A DNA stretch of 63,480 nt, filler included, from Stramenopiles sp. TOSAG23-2 (taxonomy: Eukaryota): NCBI GenBank assembly GCA_900128395.1. It is 9 parts of 9 records of this genome, joined end to end, with 100 filler letters (N's around TTAATTAATTAA, not from the genome) between each part and the next. Parts side by side here need not be neighbours in the genome. Positions count along the whole stretch, not along the records: positions 7,523 to 14,940 come from LT650323.1; positions 15,041 to 22,425 come from LT650324.1; positions 22,526 to 29,898 come from LT650325.1; 6 more parts are not named here. The stretch is one strand, 5' to 3'. Below, piece by piece: positions 11,123 to 23,040 of the stretch (its first letter is position 1; each line of letters begins with the position of its first letter). The position numbers and the translations under genes are program-made. A model generated the notes under the pieces. That model did not search any database. It was not told the DNA's origin and worked only from the letters and a program-made list of their open reading frames with translations.

Positions 11123-12889
11123 ATGTCAAAGCGGCGTACAAAGTCTTCCTCCAAAAATAATACTACCAAAGATAATATTGATAGGCAATTAGGAAAAGAT
11201 GAACAAGAAGGTGGTGAAAATTTAGAACTAACGGAAGAGGAAATATTGGAACAAGAGCGTTTAGAACGGAAGCGTATAAGGCAACAACGTCGTGATGATA
11301 TGAGAAATGAAATATTAGGAACATTAAATGTAAATCAAAATGAAAATTTAGGAGCTGGTCAAGTTAGCTTTGAGGTACCAGATTGCCCATGGAGAGCAAA
11401 TGTAATAAGTCCATTGCAACAATATGTAGATAGAGAAGAAGAAAGTCACGAAGCAAAGTTAAAACGTAATAAAATTCCACCTAAAAAAATAAATGAAATG
11501 TGCGCTCGATGGATCCTCACGCTTGTTTCTATACATACGCATCATAAGAATACGAATGAGAGTTTAGCTAATGTAGTTTATAAAGAACGTGTAAAAGCAT
11601 CTAAAGGAATGAGATCTATGGCAGATAATTATATCATGTCGTTGCTTGACGCTGTATTGCGTTTATCACATTTGCCACGTGTCTGCCTATTTGGCAAAGT
11701 TGCTGGGTTGTACCCGGAGGATGGGTATCCTTTTTTCCCTGAGAGTGCCAAAATTTTGATTTATTTAATAAAAATGTGCTTTGGAATGCAAACTGCATCT
11801 GCGGAGCGTATGGAGGAAGATGGTAGTGTCTGGTTATCCGCTGATGTTGCAGATACCTGTGTACAAAGTATGTTTGATCAAAATCCATATTGGAATTTAG
11901 AAAAATGGCATGATTCATGTTATAAATACAATGTGAATTTGCCATGGAGTGATGGAAATATAAGGCTTGATTTAGCAGCAAATTTAGCTAGTATCATGAC
12001 AACTGTAGGTGATATTGATGCAAAAGATCGTAGGCGATTGCCATCCGACATTCGAGGTTCTGGAGTCACGCAAGTCATCATTGATGCAGATCGTTTAATG
12101 GATGTAATGTTTTCCGCATTTATTAAAGAACGTCGCCGTGTGGAACATGAATTGGAAGAGGCCGAGATACATAGATTGAAAGTACAACGAAGGATGGAAC
12201 AAGCATATCAGCAACAACTAATCAATGTTCAAAATAGACCAATTACTACTATGGAACGTCATTATTTAAAAAAGGGCGTGAAACGATTTGGCGTCGGCTC
12301 ATGGAAACGAATTTTAAATGATAGACGATATGTTTTAGTTCATCGTACGGAAAAGATTTTAGAAAAAGAATGGAGTAAAATTGCTGGTAGGAGGGCGAAG
12401 AGAGAGAAACGAAGATGGGATTGGAGGCGCTGGCCATGGAATCCAGAATGGGAATGGGGCGGATTAATCGTTGAAAGAGATGGTGCAAGAAATGGGTTGA
12501 ATAATAATGCGGATGTGGACTTATGGGCATTGATAGAGGAGCAAGGATATTATGAAAGTGAGGATGATCTTGATGAAGATGATTTTGATAGTGAATCTAC
12601 TCATTTTACAGATAGTTCAGACGGGGAAGAATATGAAGAAGATGAAGATATGATATCAGTGCCACAAGTAGGCTTTGATGATAATGTAAATATGGAAACG
12701 CAACAAGAACAACTCATGGAATCAATCTCTGAAAATGTGGAAGGTGGATTTTTCGTAACTAGCGGCATTGGTAGCCGTGGAAATAATCATAACAACAACA
12801 ACAACAACAATAGTAAGGGTATGATACCAAGTTCATCTGCACCTCAATTAGGTGCAAAATCTAAAAAATCACCATACATTGTTGCTTAA
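11123..12889 (+). CDS. Protein with a single telobox/TRF-like Myb domain
   Basis: ERHYLKKGVKRFGVGSWKRIL..HRTEKILEKEW resembles the TRF-type Myb repeat. The rest is not recognised. Confidence 0.6.
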   Translation: MSKRRTKSSSKNNTTKDNIDRQLGKDEQEGGENLELTEEEILEQERLERKRIRQQRRDDMRNEILGTLNVNQNENLGAGQVSFEVPDCPWRANVISPLQQYVDREEESHEAKLKRNKIPPKKINEMCARWILTLVSIHTHHKNTNESLANVVYKERVKASKGMRSMADNYIMSLLDAVLRLSHLPRVCLFGKVAGLYPEDGYPFFPESAKILIYLIKMCFGMQTASAERMEEDGSVWLSADVADTCVQSMFDQNPYWNLEKWHDSCYKYNVNLPWSDGNIRLDLAANLASIMTTVGDIDAKDRRRLPSDIRGSGVTQVIIDADRLMDVMFSAFIKERRRVEHELEEAEIHRLKVQRRMEQAYQQQLINVQNRPITTMERHYLKKGVKRFGVGSWKRILNDRRYVLVHRTEKILEKEWSKIAGRRAKREKRRWDWRRWPWNPEWEWGGLIVERDGARNGLNNNADVDLWALIEEQGYYESEDDLDEDDFDSESTHFTDSSDGEEYEEDEDMISVPQVGFDDNVNMETQQEQLMESISENVEGGFFVTSGIGSRGNNHNNNNNNNSKGMIPSSSAPQLGAKSKKSPYIVA

Positions 12890-13018
12890 AAAAATGATGT
12901 GATATTACTAGGAATATTACGATTACTATTATATTAATTTATATATATACACATATTACAGAAAATTTTGAAAAGGAATAACCACTTTTCTAAGTTTATA
13001 TGTTCTCTCTCTGTTACT

Positions 13019-13207
13019 CTACCCTTTTGGATTTCGTTTTTTAATTTTATCGTTGTGTTCTCGAAAATCTTGAATATTTACTTTCGTCGAATTATCTCGT
13101 TGATTTTCATAATATTGCCATGCTCCAAAAACAGCACCGGCTACGACCCATGCACCAATCCCTTTAGCACCGCCTGGAAACAAGTTTTTTTTTATATTTC
13201 CTGACAT
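13019..13207 (-). CDS. Small single-TM protein (62 aa)
   Basis: ATG to TAA, GC-richer than its flanks, with a Gly/Ala-rich hydrophobic segment (GIGAWVVAGAVFGAWQYY) followed by a charged tail. Confidence 0.65.
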   Translation of the reverse strand: MSGNIKKNLFPGGAKGIGAWVVAGAVFGAWQYYENQRDNSTKVNIQDFREHNDKIKKRNPKG

Positions 13208-13256
13208 CCTGTTATATGTCTTTGTATGTATTCAATTATATATATAGTATATATAG

Positions 13257-13287
<31 letters not shown>

Positions 13288-13508
13288 ATGTATCCACATT
13301 TTGTATTATTCGATTTTGTGTTTCTGATCATCATACTTCTTTTAGAAATATAGTACAGGTAGTACGAGTTTTGTATAATACTTATTACTGTACGTCGAAT
13401 ATGTAGTTATTATATAGATTAGCCTATCAATATATGATATAGTACTATAGAAAAAAGTATAAATTTAAAACATTTACTGTGGCTGTGTTGACATTATTAC
13501 ATACTACA

Positions 13509-14940
13509 TCAGGTACTGTTGCTGTCGTCGGATAAGTCAGCCTTTCGAAATAAATTGTAGTAGTTGTCTTTTATATACATTACACTTGTTGGTGGTGGTT
13601 TTCTTTCTCCATCATCATTTAAAAACGAAACGCGTTTCTTTACAGAGCTACTATTACCAATAATACTATGATTTGTATTCATTCTTGCAATGTGTTTTTG
13701 CATCTGTACCTCTTTTTCTTCTTCTTCTTTTTGCATTTCTTGTTCAAATAGATTATTTAATGTAATCAACACACCACTAGCTGCTGTGTGTTTTCTGTTG
13801 GTATCATCTATCGCAGTATAAGAACAGAAAGTATTTCCATGGATATCTCGCAGAGTGCAAGTAATATGCCATCGAGGAGATTGGTTTAAAAACTCATATT
13901 CTGGTTGTGAGAACATATGCTTTAACTTTTGACAAAAATTATTCAACGATGTTATCGGACTTGCACTTCGATGGATCCTATTACATATACGATGAAGCAG
14001 CTTGTATAAATCTTTACTTGACATTTTCTTTGTAATGCTTGGATTGCTATCATTTACTTTCTTTATTGATATTATTTCTCTCAATTTATCTACCACCAAG
14101 CTGTACCCATTGTCTAGTTTGCCTTCTGAACGAATGTGATTATTTTTATTCAACTGCTTTAATTTTAATAAAATATATGCTGCAATGAATCCTGATAACA
14201 AGCTCTTGTAATATCTTTTAGTTTCTATTAGTTTATTTCTTGCAATAGTGGCCTGACCGTCCAAAACAACATTACCATTATGACGATATAATAAAACAAA
14301 TGACATTAAATATTCATCCCCACCGGTTTCCATATGTGTCACTAAAGGATCAAACACATCATTGCATTTAAATGTAAAAGATTCAAGAATCTCAAATGGT
14401 TGTTTATAATTCATATCACATGAAACTTCATTCAAAACATCAAAAATGCTATCTTCGTTTAATTTTTGCGCATCTTCATTTAAGTTATACGGATTAAAAT
14501 AGAGCATTTTACACTGATTGTTACTATTCGTTTTAGGAGGAGCTTTATCCTGTAGTTCAGGACTCTCCAAATTATACTTTTTCTGGGTATAAATGTTAAA
14601 ATAAATACGTTTATAAGTAACATCATCTTCTGTTATATTTTCATATGCAACGCCATCTGGAAAGCCATCCTCGCACCACCACTTTTTTTTTGTTTTCTTA
14701 TTATAATAGTACCAGTTTTCTCTTGATTTTGAAAAATGTTTCTTCCAATTAATTTTTAACTCCTCCTTGACATTTTCAGTCGCATGGATTCGCTTTATTT
14801 TAGTCAAATCACTTTCACTTTTCTTTTTAATCGTAGATTTATTACGCGGAGAAGATGTCTTTAATAAGCTGCCACTACTGGAATGTGTATTAATCGATAA
14901 CGATTTTCCAGTAGGGGTGACACTTTTCTTATCAAATTCA
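13509..14940 (-). CDS. WW-domain protein with a dsRBD-like module, 5'-truncated
   Basis: WKKHFSKSRENWYYYNKKTKKKWW is WW-like and ITSLNNFCQK..PEYEF..WHITCTL is dsRBD-like. The frame is open to the contig edge. Confidence 0.6.
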
Positions 14941-15040
14941 NNNNNNNNNNNNNNNNNNNNNNNNNNNNNNNNNNNNNNNNNNNNTTAATTAATTAANNNN
15001 NNNNNNNNNNNNNNNNNNNNNNNNNNNNNNNNNNNNNNNN
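14941..15040. other. Artificial contig spacer
   Basis: N44-TTAATTAATTAA-N44. Confidence 0.98.
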
Positions 15041-15041
15041 T

Positions 15042-16394
15042 TCATGCCCATTGCCAGACGGGTCTTCTCAATCTATTGTACAATGGAGTGCATTGGGAAT
15101 AAGCATACTAATGATCTTATTTCATCGCCCGATCTTGACTTTAATATTATCAGTAGTGAAAGATCCTGTGAAACGGCATAATCTGTTCAATCGCTTGGAT
15201 CAAATTCAAAGTGAATGGGGGTCTTGGGTTGGTAAAATGGGCAATCGACGCATTCAAGAAAGTACCCCGTCCAAATTTGGAGCAGGTTTCACTTTAGCAT
15301 TCTTGCCTGTTGCCATTTTTATCGCTATTCAATTAATCATGGCTAATGATCCGATATGCACCGTAGGTTTACAAGTACCTAGTGAACGTCGGGCACATGG
15401 ATTGATGACGTGGAAAGTATCTTTGCCCACTGCACCGACAAAAAGCGTGTGCTCCCAGTTTGATTCATCTCAAACAATAGGTTTTGATAGTGCAACGCTG
15501 TCCGTTAAGGAAACAACGTGCGTAAACAACGTTCAAACGGTGGAGTGTCTTAATTGTGTTTTAGATGGAGAAAATGTGCTTGTCTTCGATATTCCACATT
15601 CTGCTCAAGTTGCTCGCATTGAGTTTAGCGCGCCATCAGCCGCCCCGGGAGCTTCCGAGCAAATATCATGGTCGATCATTCGGCCCCAAAATGGGACTTG
15701 GATCTTCCCTGCGAATACTGAACGTGTCCAAACTTTTCGCGTTCGTGAAAGTTTCTTTGAAGATAAAACTGTAGGGCGAACGCAAGGTGTGAGAACTGGG
15801 GAAACTGGAGAATTCATTCATGAAGGCTTTGTAATAACTGCAGAGCCACCTACTTCAGCTGGTTTTGAGAGCAAAACTGCTACATTTGATGCAACTAGTA
15901 CTTGGAAAATTCGTATTAGAGTTTTACGTGCAGAGACGATCCAATATGTCGAAAAAGCATACACTCAAGATAGTGTTCAATTATTTTTCGCAGTCATTGC
16001 TGGTGTATCCAGTCTTTTTGCTATCTGGACATCTGTTTTATATGGATGGGCAGCTGGTTTTTTTAAACGTTGTGAGAAAAAAACTAAGGGGAAGCCAAAG
16101 GAGAAAGTGGAAGGAATTGAAATTCCCAGTGTTCAAGATATGGATAAAAATAAATTACATCAGTTGGTGAAAGAGCTAGTTGCCATAGAAATGGCGAAAC
16201 AGACAGTAGATGCAACAGAAGATAATGAACTAAATGGCGAATCAGAGACTACGTTACAAAACGAATCAGATGTTCAAGAGACTACACCATTGTCTACAAT
16301 GGATGTTGTGACAGGGGATAATAAATTAAATGGCAAAAATAAAGAGGAGGAGGGACGTAAATCTGCAAAAATCGTGGCAAATGCAGTAATTTAA
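15042..16394 (+). CDS. Multi-pass membrane protein of unknown function, 5'-truncated
   Basis: Three hydrophobic segments, the last two flanking a Cys-containing loop. The frame is open to the contig edge. Confidence 0.65.
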   Translation, partial: SCPLPDGSSQSIVQWSALGISILMILFHRPILTLILSVVKDPVKRHNLFNRLDQIQSEWGSWVGKMGNRRIQESTPSKFGAGFTLAFLPVAIFIAIQLIMANDPICTVGLQVPSERRAHGLMTWKVSLPTAPTKSVCSQFDSSQTIGFDSATLSVKETTCVNNVQTVECLNCVLDGENVLVFDIPHSAQVARIEFSAPSAAPGASEQISWSIIRPQNGTWIFPANTERVQTFRVRESFFEDKTVGRTQGVRTGETGEFIHEGFVITAEPPTSAGFESKTATFDATSTWKIRIRVLRAETIQYVEKAYTQDSVQLFFAVIAGVSSLFAIWTSVLYGWAAGFFKRCEKKTKGKPKEKVEGIEIPSVQDMDKNKLHQLVKELVAIEMAKQTVDATEDNELNGESETTLQNESDVQETTPLSTMDVVTGDNKLNGKNKEEEGRKSAKIVANAVI

Positions 16395-16473
16395 AATAAA
16401 AGAGGAGAGTCTTGTAAAAATATTTTTGGATTATTTTTTTAAATTTATTTTATCTGATTTTATTAACTTGTCA

Positions 16474-19400
16474 CTATTTTTCTGTTTCTATTTTTTTTTC
16501 TCTCTCTTCGAATCGTTTTTCCAATTCCTTTTCCCTCTCCTCATACCGCCTTTCTAATTCATCATATTTTTTTTGCTTTTTATCATGAATCTTTTGCTCC
16601 ATTGATTTATAAATGTTGCTGCTTACAATTGGCGAGTTGACGACTGGCTTCTTACCAAATCCGAAGGATAAAACTATGCATGCGACTACGACGAAAAATA
16701 TAAATATTAGCCATAATTTATTACTAAATGCTTTATCTGCCTTAATGTAAAATTTAACATTCTTTTTTGGAGGGTCTGAACGAATAGTTCTTAGTTTCCT
16801 TTCATACGATTCCCTACCTTCAACGTAATGTTGCTGGTTTTTATCTTCATCATCATCATCGTCTTTTCCTTCATAATCATTATTATCCTCCTCGTCGTCT
16901 TTTCCTTCATAAACATAATGACCATCGTCCGATTCTTCTTCTTCATCTTGTTCACTACTGCTACTTCGTTCGTCATCAGTATTTTGAAACCAATAGACTT
17001 CTCGTGTAATTTTTCTACGCGATGCTTCAATAAGATCGATATTGTTGACATCAATATCATTAGTTGTGGATTTGCTATCAAGCGTCCAATTCCAACATTG
17101 ATTGTTGTTTGCATTCTCGATGCCAACATTTTTTTTACTTTTCTTTGCTTTACTTAATTTCTTTTCGATATACAACATCAGCCATACATAATTATTGGCT
17201 TTTATATCTTTAGGAAAGTGCTTCAACTCTGGTTCATCAAAACCCATTATAATCAGCATATCATAGATTGAAGCTTCAGATGTTTCTATATATTTATTCT
17301 CTTTTATCGCATTCAACTGTTGCCTAACCTCTAATATGTTACGATTATGCTTCAAGAATTTATGTATCTTGCCATAATTAAATTTATGCTTGAAGCGCAA
17401 CCCCATATCTTGAAAGAGATATCCCTCATATTCCATCCATTCTTTCAAAACGTACATTAATGATAAAATAAATTTCATATCCAAGGCTAGGAAAACGGAC
17501 GGATCATCAATACTTTCTAGTAATTGATGCTCTTCCACATCACCCTGCATATCCTGAAGTATTTCTTTCAAAGTTACACTTTGAAAATTGTCATTTTCAA
17601 ACCTTGAACTTACAAATGCGTTTGTAACAGCGTTGTCCAATTCTTGTAGTAGTTTTCTGATTGTATTTGGAGACCGCATGTGAATTTTATCTACAAGTTC
17701 ATAGTATTGAAGATTCTCATCTGTTTCTACACCCTTTTCAAGTAATTGCTTTATAACACTTGATGTAAAAATATCCATGTCCTCTAAACCACTAGCCAAA
17801 TTTGCTTTTTCAGCTGCATCACGAAATTCAAAAGATACGTGAAAGTTTTTTTTCACCTTTCCATTTTCGATGGAATCGTCAATCTTTACTGGATGTGAGA
17901 GATATCGAACTCGGATTTCTTCTTGTAAAGCGTTGTAGTCAAAATTTGGCTCGTCCAATTGACTATTCCAAAAACTTTCAATCAAATTATCTAATTCAGT
18001 ACTTTCCTTTTTCTTATCTAATGCCACAAACGAATATTTTAAGGCATTTCCATGCGTTACGCTTGTTAAATGAACAGGAGGTGCATCATGGTTTGGGAAT
18101 AATGTATTTATAACATTGTTGTGTAATTCTACCATCCTTTCAATAACATTGTAAAGCCAGTCGTTGCCATCTTCATTAGCATTGCCTAAAAAATGAGCAA
18201 TTTTAGTCTCATCTGTAATCGACTCTAATGTGCTGCCCTCCTCATTACAACCACCATCCAGCCTATTATTATTTGCTTCAGCAAAATAATTATAACCGTC
18301 TTTGCATCGATTCCATAGACGAATAATATGACCAACTTTGTCCTTTTTAAATCTTTTTTTCAATTGTTTTCTTTCAAATATATAACCTAGCGAATATTTG
18401 TCTTGAGCTTCTTTTTTCGTGATTAAATGCCCAAGTGTATCATACAGCCAATGATATAATTCAATCAAATCTGGTAGTACTTGAATCTGTTTCAATAACT
18501 CTCTCCGTTCATTAAATCGAACAATCAAAAGAACGTCTTCTATATTCTCGTTGTTGGTTAAATGATTTAAGAATGAAACTTGATAATTTTCCAAATTAAA
18601 CTGATCTCCTTGTGCACTTGTAAAAATACATAAAGGTTTTATATTCGAAGAATATTGGTGCAAATCTTCCCATACTTCAATTGAATTTTGCCCTTGTTGT
18701 ACCTCTGCTTCCGCTTCTCTTAAAGGTCTGGCATATTGCTCAATATCAGCTTCATATGGAAGAGCTGTAGACCAAGAAAAGGTTTTGCCACATCCATATC
18801 CTGCTACATTCGAATGCGCATCCCTTCCACACTCCATTGTATCACACCCCCCATTTTTTTCCCAATGCTTGCCACATTGTGGACATAACCTATGTGTCAA
18901 GCGTAATTGTGCGGCATCCCTTTGCGCCTCAGCATGACGTTCTCTCAATTCCTGCAATCGTTGTTGTAAAGCTTCTGGGGTGTTTGAAGGACATGCATTT
19001 GCCCAATGCTCCGCCCACGAAAATTTTGATAATAAGGAAGCTTCAGCTTGAATTAGCGTCCAAATGTGAGCTACTTCATGGCAATAGTTTAGCAAGAAAG
19101 CAAAAAACAACTTTGACCATTGAGCATCACTATTCATTAACTCGTTCGTGATTGTTTCAAAACTATCGTACTCAGTTACGGATGAAATTACACCTTGGTG
19201 ATTGGTATTTAATGTTTCCGCATATTCAGATGCTAATTTAGCAACGAATAAAACACATAACGCACTATATTGAATTTGTAAAAACAATTCATTTTTCTCG
19301 TTTTTATATTCATTTACTAGCATTGCAAAATCTACAGCTGTGTTTGATTGAGCCATATGTTGAACCAAATCTTTAAATATTGCGAAAAATACGACATCTC

Positions 19401-22400
19401 CCAACGGATGCGTTTCTCCATCCTTTTGCAAACACTGTGGAAAATAATTAAATGTATCTGCATTTATATCACTAAGAAAAACATTAATTACCCCAATTAT
19501 TGTATTGTCATATCTATTATTATAAATGGCAGTATTGTCAGTGGTAGACATATTAATCATCTGCCTAATTAAAACGATTGATATGTTTTGAGAAATACTT
19601 TCGTTTTGGATAAGCTGCAACAAAAATTGTATGTCTTCTGAAATTACTTCTGTATTACCAATTTGAGTTAAGCGATTCGGCGAGAAATACCAATGCAATA
19701 AACGACGTTGATATGTATTATTAGTTTCATAAAGCTCATACAAAGTTTGTAAATTAGCTGAAGAATTATTAACATTTTTCAAATCATGAAATAATGCTAA
19801 TGCAACTTCCTCTCTATTCTCTGTCTTTAAGATTTCTTCAGAAACATACGCGACAGCACATAAATAATCTAAATCTTGTACAAGGTCACGGCTAAGCTTT
19901 TGTTTCTCTTTGTTCATATTGGATAATAGCAACGGTAGTTGCTTATTAAAATATTGAAACGAATACAACCATCTTTGCGTTTTCTCCACAGCCATTTTAT
20001 GGCCTTCGATCCAACAAGAAATTATCTTCTCTTTGAATGTATGTATATATACTTTAATCGTCTTTTCTAACATTTCTATTTCATTTTTAAACGAAAAGCA
20101 TATGTCATTTCCTGGTTCAATTGCGTTTAAAGATAATACTGGCATAAGTGGTAATATAAATTTGTCTAGGGATACCAAATATTTTTTCAAAACCAGATGT
20201 AATTTTAAAATTAACGGTAATTCAATCATCCAGTTAGTTTGTTGCATCATATTCTTCAACCATTTTTTTAAAAACGATGTAGTGTAGGCTTCACTTGCTC
20301 TTCCCACAGATCCATTCTTAACATGCCTTGCTTCAATAAGTTTTACAAAATCATGAAGATACAATTCAAAAAAATCATCATTCTGTTCAACTATTTTTAA
20401 AATGTTTCCTAAATTTGCTTCTTTCTCTATTTTATCGTTCAATATACGCTCTAAACCCTCTCCAACATCTGTCGTACTATGGCGTTGTTTTCGTTCTGTT
20501 TTATCAGAAAACTGCACCAGCATATCAAGCTGGTTAAAAATATCAACAAAAAATGGAAATGTACATTGTAGCATTTGGGTATGAGTTTTTGTGACGTAAT
20601 TTTGTTGCCTTAATCCACGAATGGTTTTTAATTCGTGTATTTTCACAATGTTGTCTTGTTGAGACGTTGAATATAATAATTGATAAACGCGCCAATAGAA
20701 ATTTCTAATTTTTGGACCATTTTTCAAAAGAATTTCAGTACCCATTGCAACGTTCATCTTTGAAACAGCTGAGGAAATAAAATTAGCAAATGTTGCCGAA
20801 AATGTTGCTGATAACGCTTCATAAATTGAACCATGTACACTTCCAACAAACAAATTGGATGCTTTTTGCTCTAATTCTCTTGCTACAGTTTTATCATCCC
20901 ATAAATTTGCAAATAAATTACATAAATGTATTCCCAGTGTTTCAACTTTATTATTATTTGTTTTTATTTCTACTTTGAATAGCCCTTTTAACTTTTCCAA
21001 GCTGTTTCTATATTCTATCTTCCTTGGCACACCACTTTCGACACTTGCAGGATCTATCATTTTAACTCGACAAGCAGCTGTTTTCAACGCATTATCTGGT
21101 AAAAGAATTTTAGATAAATACCGTGATAAAGTTTCCATAGGTTGCCAATGTTCCACTACACCACATGCTACTTCACACCACAATTTAGTTTTAAACCGGT
21201 CAGTAGAAGTCGCTTGACCAATACAATCTAGAAAATAATGTTCCCAACCAGGAACAAAATTTACTGGGTAACGAGGTTTATAGCATTTGTCAATATCAAA
21301 TAGCTTTGTTGCAGTAGACGGGAAAGCAAAGTGTAACAAAAGATATACACTTTTATTTTGGCCCAAGTTCTTTAAATCATCTATTTTCATTCGTAAATAA
21401 TTGATCCTACCTACGGAGATTTCTTCCATATTTACAACCATAACTAAGATATTTTCCCCACCTTCCTCAAATTTTACTAATGCGTCTTGTAGCGAAGATT
21501 GTGTAACAAAGTGGTTAAGCTTATACACTAAAACACTTTTTACATTGTCATGAACAAAAATCTTAATATTATTTTCATATGTATGATCCTTTTTCATGGA
21601 GTTAGGAAGCATAGATATTGCATCGGAGTTTCTTGTATAGACAATGTTCCGTTGGCATTTTTGTTTATTTTCTTGGATCAGCTTTTTCAAACTAAAATGT
21701 TCTTGTTCAAAGTACATTCGACGCAAATCAAGAGGCAATTTTTTTGAAGAGTGAATAACACTTTCAGGCGTTGCAATTTGAAGAAGTTTATTAACTGCTG
21801 CAAACACATATTTACGCTTTTTGTCTTCTGTTTGAAGGTTATCTAATGTAATATTTTCAACAGTACCATTGGCAACCATTTCAACAAAAATAGATTCAAT
21901 TGTCTGCCTATCTCTGAAGCAAAAGAAACTTCTGTAACCCATTTTGTCCAAGAGGCTGTTAACAATTTTATATGCAGATTCGAGGTGCTCCCGCTCTTCT
22001 ATATTGGAATGAGTTTCCAAAACATAATTATACATATCCTTCTGTGTTATAAAATATTTTTCAAATCTATTCAATAACGGAATTGGTGCAGATTCTAAAT
22101 CCGAGCTTTTTAAATGAAGGATACAATTAAAATTTTTGTCAATTGCACATGGCTGCGATAACGATCCAATTGCAATGTTTGCATAATTTGCTGTAGTTTA
22201 TAATGTTGATTAAACAAATCATAAAAACACTCATTAATAGTTTCCGTCTGACTTAAAAAGACACATCTTCCCTCATCTGCAGCAAACTTAACACCACTGA
22301 CAAGCTTGACTTTTTCTGCATCACCATCTCCAGAAAAATCTGAAAGTTTAAAAACTTTACTAATACGCTCATCATTAAACCATTTACCACAAAAGTGTTT

Positions 22401-22425
22401 CAAGTTTCTTACTAGAGTATCATCG
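16474..22425 (-). CDS. RNF213 (mysterin)-like giant AAA+/E3 protein, 5'-truncated, one frameshift near 22195
   Basis: The AAA-region motif FYDLFNQHY continues in another frame as YANIAIG..CAIDKNFNCILH..APIPLLNRFEKY. Also KLLQIATPESV and CTD-like LPDLIELYHWL and MVELHNNVI. Contains an RBR RING2-like zinc domain and a C-terminal TM. Confidence 0.8.
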
Positions 22426-22525
22426 NNNNNNNNNNNNNNNNNNNNNNNNNNNNNNNNNNNNNNNNNNNNTTAATTAATTAANNNNNNNNNNNNNNNNNNN
22501 NNNNNNNNNNNNNNNNNNNNNNNNN
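22426..22525. other. Artificial contig spacer
   Basis: N44-TTAATTAATTAA-N44. Confidence 0.98.
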
Positions 22526-22888
22526 GTATTCCATTTGTATATTATTATGTAGTCCAGTAGTAGTAATAATAATAATAATAATAGTAAATAATAATGTTAA
22601 TAATACTAATAAATAATTTTTTATTAGTAGTACAGTGTAGTGTGTATCCAGTGTGTTGTATTAATGTAGTAGTAATTTATTTTTTGAAAGTAATATTATA
22701 ATAGGGCTCTATTTAGTATTCCATTTGTATATTATTATGTAGTCCAGTAGTAGTAATAATAATAATAATAGTAAATAATAATGTTAATACTAATAATTTT
22801 TTATTAGTAGTAGTGTGTATCCAGTGTGTTGTATTAATGTAGTAGTAATTTATTTTTTGAAAGTAATATTATAATAGGGCTCTATTTA
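22526..22888. repeat. Imperfect tandem duplication (period 190) at the contig start
   Basis: GTATTCCATTTG.. starts at both 22526 and 22716. The copies differ by small indels, probably two haplotypes. Confidence 0.8.
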
Positions 22889-23040
22889 TATTATAATATT
22901 ATAATACATAATATATGATGGTGCATAGTGCATAGTGCATCTAGTTCATATTATAGCCACACCTAATAGTTCTAATTTGCATTTATAAACATTCTATCAT
23001 TTTATAAATTAGTTTGATTATTTTATAATTTCTCCAAACA

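Noticed and set aside
22180-22205. Programmed -1 frameshift in the RNF213-like gene
   Set aside because: No canonical slippery heptamer, and the junction looks short relative to the family motif spacing. A small deletion or assembly error is more likely; needs reads.
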